64,000 nucleotides of DNA from Actinomycetota bacterium (GCA_050260215.1 JBLNBU010000227.1:593-64592); one strand, 5' to 3'. Shown: positions 35,952 to 44,242, counted from the stretch's first letter. Numbers and translations: made by a program. Notes: a model not told the origin generated them from the letters alone.

Positions 35952-38057
35952 ATGCTCGACATACCGGCGCTGGCCCGCATCGCCCTGGTATCGGTGCTGC
36001 TGCTGGGAACCGTGTCGTTGATGCCGCGCCGGCGCGCCGGCCTGTTCGCCGCCGAGGTCGAGGCCAGGACCATCCTGCTGCTGGGCATCGCCTGGGTGCT
36101 GGCGGTGACGCTGGAATTCTGGATCCTGGGGCCGGCCTCGTTCGTCAATTTCGGCGACGAAGGCGCCCAGGCGCTTCCCTATTACATCCACCTCGCCGAA
36201 CACGCTCCGCCGGGCCGCTACGATTTCCGCGTCATGGGCGGCGTCGACGCCCTGGCGATCTTTTCGTCCGGCTATCAGCTGGCCTCGATCGAGCGCCTGC
36301 TGTTCGCATGGCTGTCGCCGTGGCTGGCCACCGCCGTCCACAAGGTGGCCGCCGAGGGTCTGGCGCTGGCCGGGGCGTACCTGCTCGCCCGTGCCGCGGC
36401 CCCGGTCAACCGGCCGGCGGCGCTGGGCATTGCCGCCGTCTACACCCTGGCGACCCAGTACGTCATCGAGGTGACGCTGGCCCACGGCTTCGGCTACCAC
36501 GTCCAAGCGCTGGCCGTGTTGGTGCTGTGCTATCGCACCCAGGCCCGCACCTATTTGCTCGAGGCCGCCGCCATGGCGGTGGCGGTGGCGGTGTCGATCC
36601 TGCCGGTGCAGGGCGGCATGGGCTTCTATACGGCCGTCGGCTTGACCGCCCTGCTGGGCGGTGCCTGGCGCCGGCCGCGCTTCTACGCCGCCCTGGCGCT
36701 GATGCTGCCGCTCCATGTGCTGAACTGGGCGGGGATCATGGCGGCCATGGCGGGGATTGCGCCGCTGACCTCGCGGGTGCAGCTGTTCGCGCCGCCGCTC
36801 GACATCGGGGGCGAGCTCACTCTGTCCCAGTTGCTGGTCCCGGCCGTCGCCATCGCCGTGTCGCTGGGCATCGCCGTCTTCCGGCGCCAGCCGGCCTCCA
36901 TCGCCCGCCAGGCGGCGTTGCTGCTGGGGCCGGCGCTGGTGGCCGTCGTGCTGGACACCGCGCCGTGGGACCGCATCGGCCTGGGCTTCGTCAAGGGGGT
37001 CAATCCCAGCTACGTCCTGTTCGCCTGGCTGCCGCTGGCGGTGGTGTCGCTGGCCGAGGCGGTGGCCGGGCTCAAGCCCGCCCTCGAGCGGGGCGCGCCG
37101 GCCGCGCGCCTGCTGGCGGCGGCCTTGTGCTGCGGGCTGCCGCTGGGGCTGGCGGCCCACTACAAGGTCTACAACGGCCTGTACTGGCTGGGGTTCGGCG
37201 GCCATTCGGCGCTGCACGGCATTCCCAACCTGGTCCGGCCGACCTGGCTGCCCGACGAGCCGGTGCGCGCGGTCGCGGTGGCGCATCATCTGTCCGACAA
37301 CAACCTGCTGGCCTACGGCATTGAAACGGCCGGCGGCTATTTCATGCTGTTCGACGCCCGCAAGAACGCCTTCTGGCAACAGGCGGGCCGTGTCATGGCC
37401 GCCGGCCGGCTGGGCCTGAAGGTGCCGGAACGGTCCTGCCCCGGGGTGCAGAAGCTGGCCGACCTGGGCAATGCCCGGCTGCTGCGCATCGCCAACATCC
37501 GCTATCTCGTCAGCACGCTTCCGGTGGAAGGGGCCGGCCTGACCCAGGTCAGCGGGCCCGACCCGGCCAAGTTCCGCCCGTCCTGCACCATGGCCGCCGG
37601 CGAGAAGCTGGCCAGCTATTGGCGGCGCCTGCTGGCGCCCGAGGACGCCTATGTCTACGACCTGGGTGCGGCGGTGCCGCGAGTGTATTTTGCCCGCAGC
37701 GTCGCGCAGCCTCAGCGCTTCGGCACGCCCGAGTACTGGCGGGCGGTCGAAGAGGTCGGCGAGGCCCAGGGTATCGTTCCCGAAACCGGCGCCGAGTTGA
37801 ACGGTGCCAGCGCCGCAACCGCGCGGGTGACCAAGGCCAGCGTCGCCGGCGACGGCATGGAGATCGAGGTCGATGCTCCGGCCGGGGGCGTGCTGGTGAT
37901 CAATTCGTCGTGGCTGCCGTTCTTCCGGGCCACGGCGGATGGCGTGCCGGTGACGCTGGTCCCCGTCAACGGGGTGCAAATGGCGGCGGCCCTGCCGGCC
38001 GGGGCTCGATCCGTCAAGGTCGAGTATGTTCGCCGGCTGCCGGTACCGGCGGGATGA
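35952..38057 (+). CDS. YfhO-like integral-membrane glycosyltransferase (GT-C fold)
   Basis: 701 aa and polytopic. The C-terminal beta-rich tail WLPFFRATADGVPVTLVPVNGVQMAAALPAGARSVKVEY matches the characteristic YfhO-family end (W.A.VDG....VN......VP.G.H.V...Y). Paralog of 42029-44161. Confidence 0.65.
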   Translation: MLDIPALARIALVSVLLLGTVSLMPRRRAGLFAAEVEARTILLLGIAWVLAVTLEFWILGPASFVNFGDEGAQALPYYIHLAEHAPPGRYDFRVMGGVDALAIFSSGYQLASIERLLFAWLSPWLATAVHKVAAEGLALAGAYLLARAAAPVNRPAALGIAAVYTLATQYVIEVTLAHGFGYHVQALAVLVLCYRTQARTYLLEAAAMAVAVAVSILPVQGGMGFYTAVGLTALLGGAWRRPRFYAALALMLPLHVLNWAGIMAAMAGIAPLTSRVQLFAPPLDIGGELTLSQLLVPAVAIAVSLGIAVFRRQPASIARQAALLLGPALVAVVLDTAPWDRIGLGFVKGVNPSYVLFAWLPLAVVSLAEAVAGLKPALERGAPAARLLAAALCCGLPLGLAAHYKVYNGLYWLGFGGHSALHGIPNLVRPTWLPDEPVRAVAVAHHLSDNNLLAYGIETAGGYFMLFDARKNAFWQQAGRVMAAGRLGLKVPERSCPGVQKLADLGNARLLRIANIRYLVSTLPVEGAGLTQVSGPDPAKFRPSCTMAAGEKLASYWRRLLAPEDAYVYDLGAAVPRVYFARSVAQPQRFGTPEYWRAVEEVGEAQGIVPETGAELNGASAATARVTKASVAGDGMEIEVDAPAGGVLVINSSWLPFFRATADGVPVTLVPVNGVQMAAALPAGARSVKVEYVRRLPVPAG

Positions 38058-39022
38058 CCCGCGGCCAGGTGGTCAAGCTGACCCTGGCCGCGCTGATGAG
38101 CGCGGCGGTGGTCGCGTTCCTGGTCGGCCGGGTGGACGTCGAGTTCCTGGCCGCCGAGTTCAAGGGCGCCAAGATCCCCTGGCTGGTGGCCGCCGGGGCC
38201 ACCTTGGTGCCCATCACCGGATTGCGGGCGTGGCGGTTCTCGCTGCTGCTGTGGCGCCGGCGTTCGGCCCCGCCCATGGGGATGTGCCGCATCGTCGCCT
38301 TCATGCTGTTCTTCAACCTGATCCTGCCGTTCAAGACCGGGGAACTCAGCTTCCCCATCCTGGCGCGCCGGGCCTATGACATACCCCTGGGGACCAGCCT
38401 GGGGGCCCTGGTGCTGGTGCGCGTGCTCGACCTGTTGTCGGTGGTGGCCATCGGCGGGCTGGCGACCCTGGCGCTGTCCCAGCCGATGCCGCCATGGGTC
38501 GACGGGGCGGCGGTGCTGGGCGCGGTGTGCGTGCCGCTGCTGCTTGCCATGCCGTTCGCCGACCGGCTGGGATCGGCGGTCGGCCGCGGGCTCACCGGCC
38601 TGCCGCCGCGCCTGCTGAACATCGCCAAGGAGCTGCATGCCGGCCTGCGGGCGGTGAGGGAATGGCCGGACTACGCCCTGTTGCTGGGGCTGACATTGGC
38701 GATCTGGCTGATGCAGTTCGTGGTGGCCTGGATGACGCTGCAGGCGATCGGCGCCCATCCGTTCATCCACGCGGTGCTGGCCAGCTGTGCCGCCTCGGTG
38801 GCATTCGCCTTCCCGGTCAACGGGGTCGCCAGTGTCGGCCCCTTGCAGGCGGCGTGGTCGGCGGCCCTGTCCATCGTAGGAACCAATTGGGAGCAGGCGG
38901 TGGCCTCCGCCTTCCTGTGGCACGCGGTGATGCTGGTCGAGACCAGCCTGTTTGCCGGTCTGGCCGCCCTGTTTCCCGGTCGTCCCGCCAAGGGGCTTGA
39001 GCAGGACAAGGGGCCGGCGTAG
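38054..39022 (+). CDS. Flippase-like membrane protein, UPF0104 / lysyl-phosphatidylglycerol-synthase TM-region family
   Basis: From MTRGQVVKLTLAALMSAAVVAFLVGRVD...LRAWRFSLLL. About 8 hydrophobic spans. Its ATG forms an ATGA overlap with the YfhO-like stop. Confidence 0.7.
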   Translation: MTRGQVVKLTLAALMSAAVVAFLVGRVDVEFLAAEFKGAKIPWLVAAGATLVPITGLRAWRFSLLLWRRRSAPPMGMCRIVAFMLFFNLILPFKTGELSFPILARRAYDIPLGTSLGALVLVRVLDLLSVVAIGGLATLALSQPMPPWVDGAAVLGAVCVPLLLAMPFADRLGSAVGRGLTGLPPRLLNIAKELHAGLRAVREWPDYALLLGLTLAIWLMQFVVAWMTLQAIGAHPFIHAVLASCAASVAFAFPVNGVASVGPLQAAWSAALSIVGTNWEQAVASAFLWHAVMLVETSLFAGLAALFPGRPAKGLEQDKGPA

Positions 39023-39038
39023 CTTGTCCCGCGCGACG

Positions 39039-39788
39039 ATGCATGGATCGAGGGTTATGGGGATTTCGGCAGAGCTGTTGATGAAGCGCGTTTACGTCTG
39101 CGGCATCCGCGGACTGTCGCGCGGGCTGACCAGCGTCGGAGTGCGCGGCTGGCTGGAGCGCCGCCGCAGCAACCGGGCGGCGCTGTTCCTGCGCAGCCTC
39201 ATGTCGATCTACGACTTCCAGGACATGATCCGCCTCGACATCCCGTGGTGGACCTTCGGTGCCGCCGCCGAGGTCGAGGCGTTCCTGAAGGCCAAGGGCG
39301 GCCGGGCGCGGGTGTTCGAATACGGCCCCGGCGCCAGCACCGCCTGGCTTGCCGCCCGCGCCGGCAGCGTCTCCTACGTCGAGCACGACCCCGACTTCCA
39401 CGGTGCGCTGGCGGCCGAAATGGCCCGGTTGCCCAACGTGTCGGGACAGCTGGTCGAGCCGGTGGCTCCGCCCGCCGGCCAGGCGCCGCGCTGCTCGTCG
39501 CAGCGCGCCGGCTACCAGGGCCTGGAATTCGCCGCCTATGTCGCCGCCATCGGCGACGCCGGCGGTCCCTTCGACCTGATCATCGTCGACGGCCGCGCCC
39601 GCCCGCACTGCCTGGCCGAGGCGGTGAAGCACCTGGCCAAGGGCGGCATGATCCTGTTCGACGACACCCAGCGGGCGCGCTACGGCGGGGCGCTTGCCGC
39701 GGCCGGCTTGCCGGTCGAGCGCTACCGCGGCCTGCGCCCGGCGCTTCCCTACGTCACCGAGACGTCGCTGCTGCGCGGCGCAGCCTGA
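39039..39788 (+). CDS. Class I SAM-dependent methyltransferase (Methyltransf_24/CmcI-like)
   Basis: Motifs VFEYGPGASTAWLA and FDLIIVDGRARPHC...GGMILFDD. Start is uncertain (ATG 39039, with later candidates). Confidence 0.65.
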   Translation: MHGSRVMGISAELLMKRVYVCGIRGLSRGLTSVGVRGWLERRRSNRAALFLRSLMSIYDFQDMIRLDIPWWTFGAAAEVEAFLKAKGGRARVFEYGPGASTAWLAARAGSVSYVEHDPDFHGALAAEMARLPNVSGQLVEPVAPPAGQAPRCSSQRAGYQGLEFAAYVAAIGDAGGPFDLIIVDGRARPHCLAEAVKHLAKGGMILFDDTQRARYGGALAAAGLPVERYRGLRPALPYVTETSLLRGAA

Positions 39789-40698
39789 TCAGGGCGATTT
39801 CGGGCCGGCAGTTGAAGCGGAGCGGCGGCGACCCCGATCCCACCCCGGTGGTGGTGTAGCCCTGCATGCCCATCCATCGCCACGCGCCGGTCGCCAGCGC
39901 GCGGTGGCTGTCCAGGAAGGTCACGATGGGCCGTCCGCCCGGCAGGCAGATCTGCCCGCCGTGGGTATGGCCGGCCAGGTACAGGCGGAACCCCGCCTCG
40001 GCCGCATTGGTGGCCAGCTCAGGCGTATGGACCAGGGCGATGCGGAAGCCGTCGCGATGCTCGTGCAGGGCGCGCGTCGCCGCCGGGGTGAAGAAGCTGT
40101 GGACGTCGTCCAGCCCCAGCAGGCGCAAGACGGCGCCGCCCCTGGTCACCGACGCCCATTCGTTGACCAGGACCCGGGCGCCCAGGCCTTCCAACTCGTC
40201 GGCAACCTCGTGGGAGTCGTGGTTGCCCAGCAGGGCCAGCACGCCGTCCGGCGGCGCCAGGGCGCCAAGCAGCGGCGCCAGGGCGGTGCCGACCTGGGCG
40301 GGCGTGGGCCGGCCGAAGGTCTGGTAGTCGCCGCCCAGCACCGCAAGGTCGGGCGCCATCGACCGGACCAGGTCGGCGGCGGCGGCGACGGCCTTGGGCG
40401 TCTGCGCCACATGCAGGTCCGACATGAACAAGATGGTGTAGCCGTCGAAGGCCTGGGGCAGGTCCTCGAACGCCATCTCGCGCACCGCCACGTGCAGGTC
40501 GTGGGCGTTGGCGCTGCCGCGTCGGGTGGCGAACAGGGCGGCGAAGGCCAGCCGGGTGGGCAGCGAGACGTGGTTGGCCCGCCGGCGCTCGCCCTCGACC
40601 GACGCCCGCACTCCCTGCTGAGCCAGTTTTTGTTCCAGCTGCATGCGTGCCTGGCGCCACTGGGCACGTCTCGAATGGCTGCGTGTATCCTCGGGCAT
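39754..40698 (-). CDS. Calcineurin-like metallophosphoesterase
   Basis: 314 aa. Motifs FMSDLHV, LGGDY, LLGNHD and LAGHTHGGQ. Convergent with the methyltransferase, with a 35-nt 3' overlap. Confidence 0.85.
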   Translation of the reverse strand: MPEDTRSHSRRAQWRQARMQLEQKLAQQGVRASVEGERRRANHVSLPTRLAFAALFATRRGSANAHDLHVAVREMAFEDLPQAFDGYTILFMSDLHVAQTPKAVAAAADLVRSMAPDLAVLGGDYQTFGRPTPAQVGTALAPLLGALAPPDGVLALLGNHDSHEVADELEGLGARVLVNEWASVTRGGAVLRLLGLDDVHSFFTPAATRALHEHRDGFRIALVHTPELATNAAEAGFRLYLAGHTHGGQICLPGGRPIVTFLDSHRALATGAWRWMGMQGYTTTGVGSGSPPLRFNCRPEIALIRLRRAAATSR

Positions 40699-40725
40699 GG
40701 CGGCCCCGTCATATCACGGGGCCGC
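40699..40725. promoter_or_regulatory. Inverted repeat (9-bp GC stem, 8-nt loop) directly abutting the phosphoesterase start codon
   Basis: Sequence GCGGCCCCG-tcatatca-CGGGGCCGC at 40700-40725. It lies in the 122-nt divergent intergenic region. Confidence 0.35.
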
Positions 40726-40820
40726 TGGTGCCGGCAGTCGAAAAGGCACGCCGATGATCCTTGACCGCGACGGCGGCACTCGCGACAATCCGCTCCTCCT
40801 CCAATATTTGCCCGGTGTCC

Positions 40821-42032
40821 ATGGCGTCGTTCAGCGTCGTCTACCTGATGCAGGTCCCGTTCACTGCGGCATATCGCGCCCGCTGGGCGGTGGACTGGTT
40901 CATCTCCCTTGGCGCCGCGGTGACGGTGGTCGATGTCGGCGACCTGATGGTGCCGCAGCTCAAGCACGACCGTGCCCATTACGGTGCGGTCGAGGGCGTG
41001 CGGCTGGTGGTGGCGACCCCGCGCACCGGCCTGGCCGAGGCGGAATGCGCCCTGGACGGCGCCGATGTGGTCTTCGTCATGGCCGGCACCGGCCACCCCG
41101 AGCCCCGCGGCCTGGGGGTGTTGCGCATGCTGTCGCGGGCCCGCGCGCCGAAGGTGATGTTCTCGACCAACGTGCACCCGTCGGCCAGCGAGCCGCCGCC
41201 CACCCTGCTGGCCAGGCTGCGCCGCGCCGACCCGTTGCGCTCGCTGGTCGGGCGCCTGCCGCTGGGCCTGCTGGGCATCCGTCCGTTCGAGGCGGTGGTG
41301 ATCGGCGGCCGCAAGAGCGAGCCGTGCGTCCCCCTGGTCGGCCCGCAGACGCACCGCATCCTCGCCCATGCCGCCGACTGGGACGTCTACCGCGACGAGG
41401 CGGCCAAGCCGCTTGCGGCCGACGAGGGGCGCACCGCCCTTTATATCGACACCTGGCTGGGGTACCACCCCGACTCGGTGGCCGAGGGTCACGGCCAGCC
41501 GGTGGATCCGGCCGAATTCTATCCGCGGCTGCGCCGCCTGTTCGACCGCGTCGAGGCCGAACTCGGCCTCGAGGTGGTGATCGCCGCCCATCCGCGCGCC
41601 GACTATTACGCCGCGCCGGGGCTGTTCGGCGCCCGGCGCATCGTCAAGGGCGGCACCGCCGCACTGGTCCGCAGCTGCCGGCTCGGCATCGGCTGCCACA
41701 GCACGGCGTCCAGCTTCGCCGTGCTGTTCGGCAAGCCGCTGATGATCATCGCCACCCGCTCGCTCGATGCCCATCCGACGGTGGGCCACAAGATGCGCTG
41801 CACCGCCGCCGCGCTCGGCACCAAGCCGGTGTTCATCGACGATCCCGACGCCGTCGACCTGACGCGGGCCTACGAGGTCGACCAGGCCGCCTACCGCGCC
41901 TATGTCGAGGACTACATCATGCGGGCCGGCTCGTCCGAGGACCCGTACTGGGTGAAGGTGATGACCGGGCTGGCTGGGGCGGGGCTGCTGCGCCCGGACC
42001 TGGCGGCGCGGTTCGCGGGTCACCGGGCATGA
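40821..42032 (+). CDS. Hypothetical protein, possible GT-B / capsule-synthesis (KpsS-TagF-like) transferase
   Basis: From MASFSVVYLMQ. The C-terminal part VVIAAHPRADYY...GGTAALVRSCRLGIGCHSTASSFAVLFGKPLMII resembles a GT-B C-lobe. No confident family assignment by eye, and the start is uncertain. Confidence 0.4.
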   Translation: MASFSVVYLMQVPFTAAYRARWAVDWFISLGAAVTVVDVGDLMVPQLKHDRAHYGAVEGVRLVVATPRTGLAEAECALDGADVVFVMAGTGHPEPRGLGVLRMLSRARAPKVMFSTNVHPSASEPPPTLLARLRRADPLRSLVGRLPLGLLGIRPFEAVVIGGRKSEPCVPLVGPQTHRILAHAADWDVYRDEAAKPLAADEGRTALYIDTWLGYHPDSVAEGHGQPVDPAEFYPRLRRLFDRVEAELGLEVVIAAHPRADYYAAPGLFGARRIVKGGTAALVRSCRLGIGCHSTASSFAVLFGKPLMIIATRSLDAHPTVGHKMRCTAAALGTKPVFIDDPDAVDLTRAYEVDQAAYRAYVEDYIMRAGSSEDPYWVKVMTGLAGAGLLRPDLAARFAGHRA

Positions 42033-44161
42033 GCACCTACGACGTCGTGCTGGCGGCGTTGACCGCGGTGGCCTTCCTGTCGGCTGCCGGTTTCACTTGG
42101 GTCCACGGGCCCGTCGCCCTATCGCGCCGCCAGGCCGTGGCGGTGGGGGCGACCTGGGTGGCCGTGGTCAGCGCCGAATTCGTCTTCTTCGGGCCCTATT
42201 CGTATCTGGGCACCTTCGCCGAGATGGATTTCACCGTGCTGGTCCAGCAGTACCTGGTCGAGCACCATGGCGGCGGCCAGTTCGCCCATGCCTTCGCCGG
42301 CGGCAACGACGTCGATGCGCTGGGCGTGTTCACCGGGCAGTTCCTGGCGCTCGACCGCGTGCTGCTGTCGGTCCTGCCGATGTGGGCGGTGACCGGCGCC
42401 ATCCGGGTGGCCCAGGAGGCGCTGGCGCTGGCCGGGGTGTACCTGCTGTGCCGGCGCCTGTGGCAGTCCGACCGCTTCCTGGCCCTGTGCCTGGGCGCCA
42501 TCTATTCGCTCAGCAACCATTATTTCTTCAAGCTGACCATGGCCCATGGGCTGGCCTTTGCCCTGATGCCGGTCCTGGTCCTGGTGTTCGTCGCCCGGGT
42601 GGGGCGGCCCCATTACTGGTGGTGGGTGGTGGGGCTGTCGGCCCTGCACGCCATCTCGTGCACGCCGACCCACTCGGGTCCGCCGGTGTTCGCCGCCCTG
42701 GCCTTCGCCATCTTGCTGATCGCCCCCAAGCCGGCGTGGAAGCCGATGGCGGCGATCGCCATCCTGCTGGTGGCGGTGCTGCTGAACTGGCACGAAAGCC
42801 TGTGGGGCAAGATGCAGCTGGCCCCCTGGGCCTTCCGCTCCAGCCAGATCGACCTGACCCGGTCGCTGTCCGGCATAGGCGCCCGGCTGGTCCAGGACGT
42901 CACCGACGTCGAGGAGCACCGCAACTACACCCTGTGGCTGGCGCTGGCTCTGCTGTGGTGGACCGGCCATCCGTTGCGCCGCCGCATTGCTGCCGTCACC
43001 CTGGGCACCGCGCTCGGCGGCACCGTGGTGCAGAACCTGCCCTGGGCCGCCATCGGCCTGAAGGCGGTGGCCGCGGTGGACTGGGAGAGGGTGGCCTTCT
43101 CCATGGACCTGTTCGTGCTGCTGGCCATGGCGGCCGCCCACCAGCGCAAGGTCCTTGCCCGGCCGGCGCCGCGTGTCGGCATGGCCGCCATGGCGGGACT
43201 GGCCGCGGCCGCGCTGGTGGCCACCAAGGTCCAGGAACTGGGCAGCTGGGTCAGCCTGGGCGGTCTGCCCGTCATCGAGCAGGGCCGCGTCAACATCGCC
43301 CGCGCCGGCATTCCGGCGGACAAACCGGTCAGGGTGGTGTCCATGCCCTACCGGCTGCCGGCCGACCTGGCGGTGGTGGCCGGGCTGGACACCCTTGACG
43401 GCACCTTCAACCTGAACCTGTCGTCGCTGTCCTATTTCTGGCTGGACGCGGTCTTGAAGCATCCGTCGGACGCGGCATCCAGCTACCTCTCCCTTGCCAC
43501 CAGCGCCTTCGACGACAAGTGCTGCGCCAGCTACGACCTGGGCCAGCATGCCGACCTCGCCATGCTGCGGCTGATGAACGTGGGCTATGTGCTGAGCGTG
43601 CTGCCGCTGACCGGCGAGGGCGTCACCCAGGTGTCGGGCCCCGGCCCGGAAGAGATGATGCCGACCCGCCGCGTCGACCAGTTGTCCGCGCGCCTTGCCG
43701 GCTATCTGCGGGAAATGGTGCGCACGCCGCCGGTGCGCGTCTATTCCATCGGCGAGCCGTTGCCGCGGGTCTATGCGGCGACCGCGGTGGTGGCGACCGA
43801 GCTTGACCCGACGACGCCCGAGTTCTTCGACCTGCTCCGGCGCGAAGGGCCCGCCCGCAAGGTCCTGGTGGCCGCCGGCCGCGCCGGCGCCCTGCCCGCG
43901 TCCGCGGCCATGACGGTGCGCCGCTACGCCCTGCCGGCCGACGCGGTCACCGCCGAGGTCGAGGCACCGTCCGGCGGCACGCTGGTGGTCGCCATTCCGT
44001 TCACGCCGTGGTGGACGGCGACCGTCGACGGCCGGCCGGTGGACATCGTGCCGGTCAACGCCGCCCAGATGGCGGTGTCGGTGCCCGCCGGCGGCCGCTC
44101 GGTCGAGCTGCGCTACCACCGCCCCACCTTGCGCGAGAAGCTGGTGGGCGGGCGGCGCTAG
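42029..44161 (+). CDS. YfhO-like integral-membrane glycosyltransferase (GT-C fold), paralog of 35952-38057
   Basis: From MSTYDVVLAALTAVAFLSAAGF. Polytopic, with the C-terminal tail TPWWTATVDGRPVDIVPVNAAQMAVSVPAGGRSVELRY. Its ATG forms an ATGA overlap with the upstream stop. Confidence 0.65.
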   Translation: MSTYDVVLAALTAVAFLSAAGFTWVHGPVALSRRQAVAVGATWVAVVSAEFVFFGPYSYLGTFAEMDFTVLVQQYLVEHHGGGQFAHAFAGGNDVDALGVFTGQFLALDRVLLSVLPMWAVTGAIRVAQEALALAGVYLLCRRLWQSDRFLALCLGAIYSLSNHYFFKLTMAHGLAFALMPVLVLVFVARVGRPHYWWWVVGLSALHAISCTPTHSGPPVFAALAFAILLIAPKPAWKPMAAIAILLVAVLLNWHESLWGKMQLAPWAFRSSQIDLTRSLSGIGARLVQDVTDVEEHRNYTLWLALALLWWTGHPLRRRIAAVTLGTALGGTVVQNLPWAAIGLKAVAAVDWERVAFSMDLFVLLAMAAAHQRKVLARPAPRVGMAAMAGLAAAALVATKVQELGSWVSLGGLPVIEQGRVNIARAGIPADKPVRVVSMPYRLPADLAVVAGLDTLDGTFNLNLSSLSYFWLDAVLKHPSDAASSYLSLATSAFDDKCCASYDLGQHADLAMLRLMNVGYVLSVLPLTGEGVTQVSGPGPEEMMPTRRVDQLSARLAGYLREMVRTPPVRVYSIGEPLPRVYAATAVVATELDPTTPEFFDLLRREGPARKVLVAAGRAGALPASAAMTVRRYALPADAVTAEVEAPSGGTLVVAIPFTPWWTATVDGRPVDIVPVNAAQMAVSVPAGGRSVELRYHRPTLREKLVGGRR

Positions 44162-44242
44162 GGCCGCATTTCCTTACGGTCGGACCATTGCCTATGATAT
44201 ATGGGCAGATGGGCCGGTGGGCCGTTTTCTCGAGGAAGCAGC

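Noticed and set aside
39754-40698. The metallophosphoesterase (39754-40698) and the DEDDh exonuclease (49369-49953) as parts of a phage-defence or mobile genetic module.
   Set aside because: The two genes are about 9 kb apart. Neither is adjacent to typical defence partners (ATPase, helicase, methylase, toxin) or to an integrase or transposase, and both are embedded in glycan operons.
44162-44242. A possible intrinsic terminator (GGCC-ggtg-GGCC followed by GTTTTCT) after the second YfhO gene.
   Set aside because: The stem is only 4 bp and the T-tract is short and interrupted, which is too weak to call. The gap more plausibly carries an internal promoter and the ribosome-binding site for the SPASM rSAM gene.
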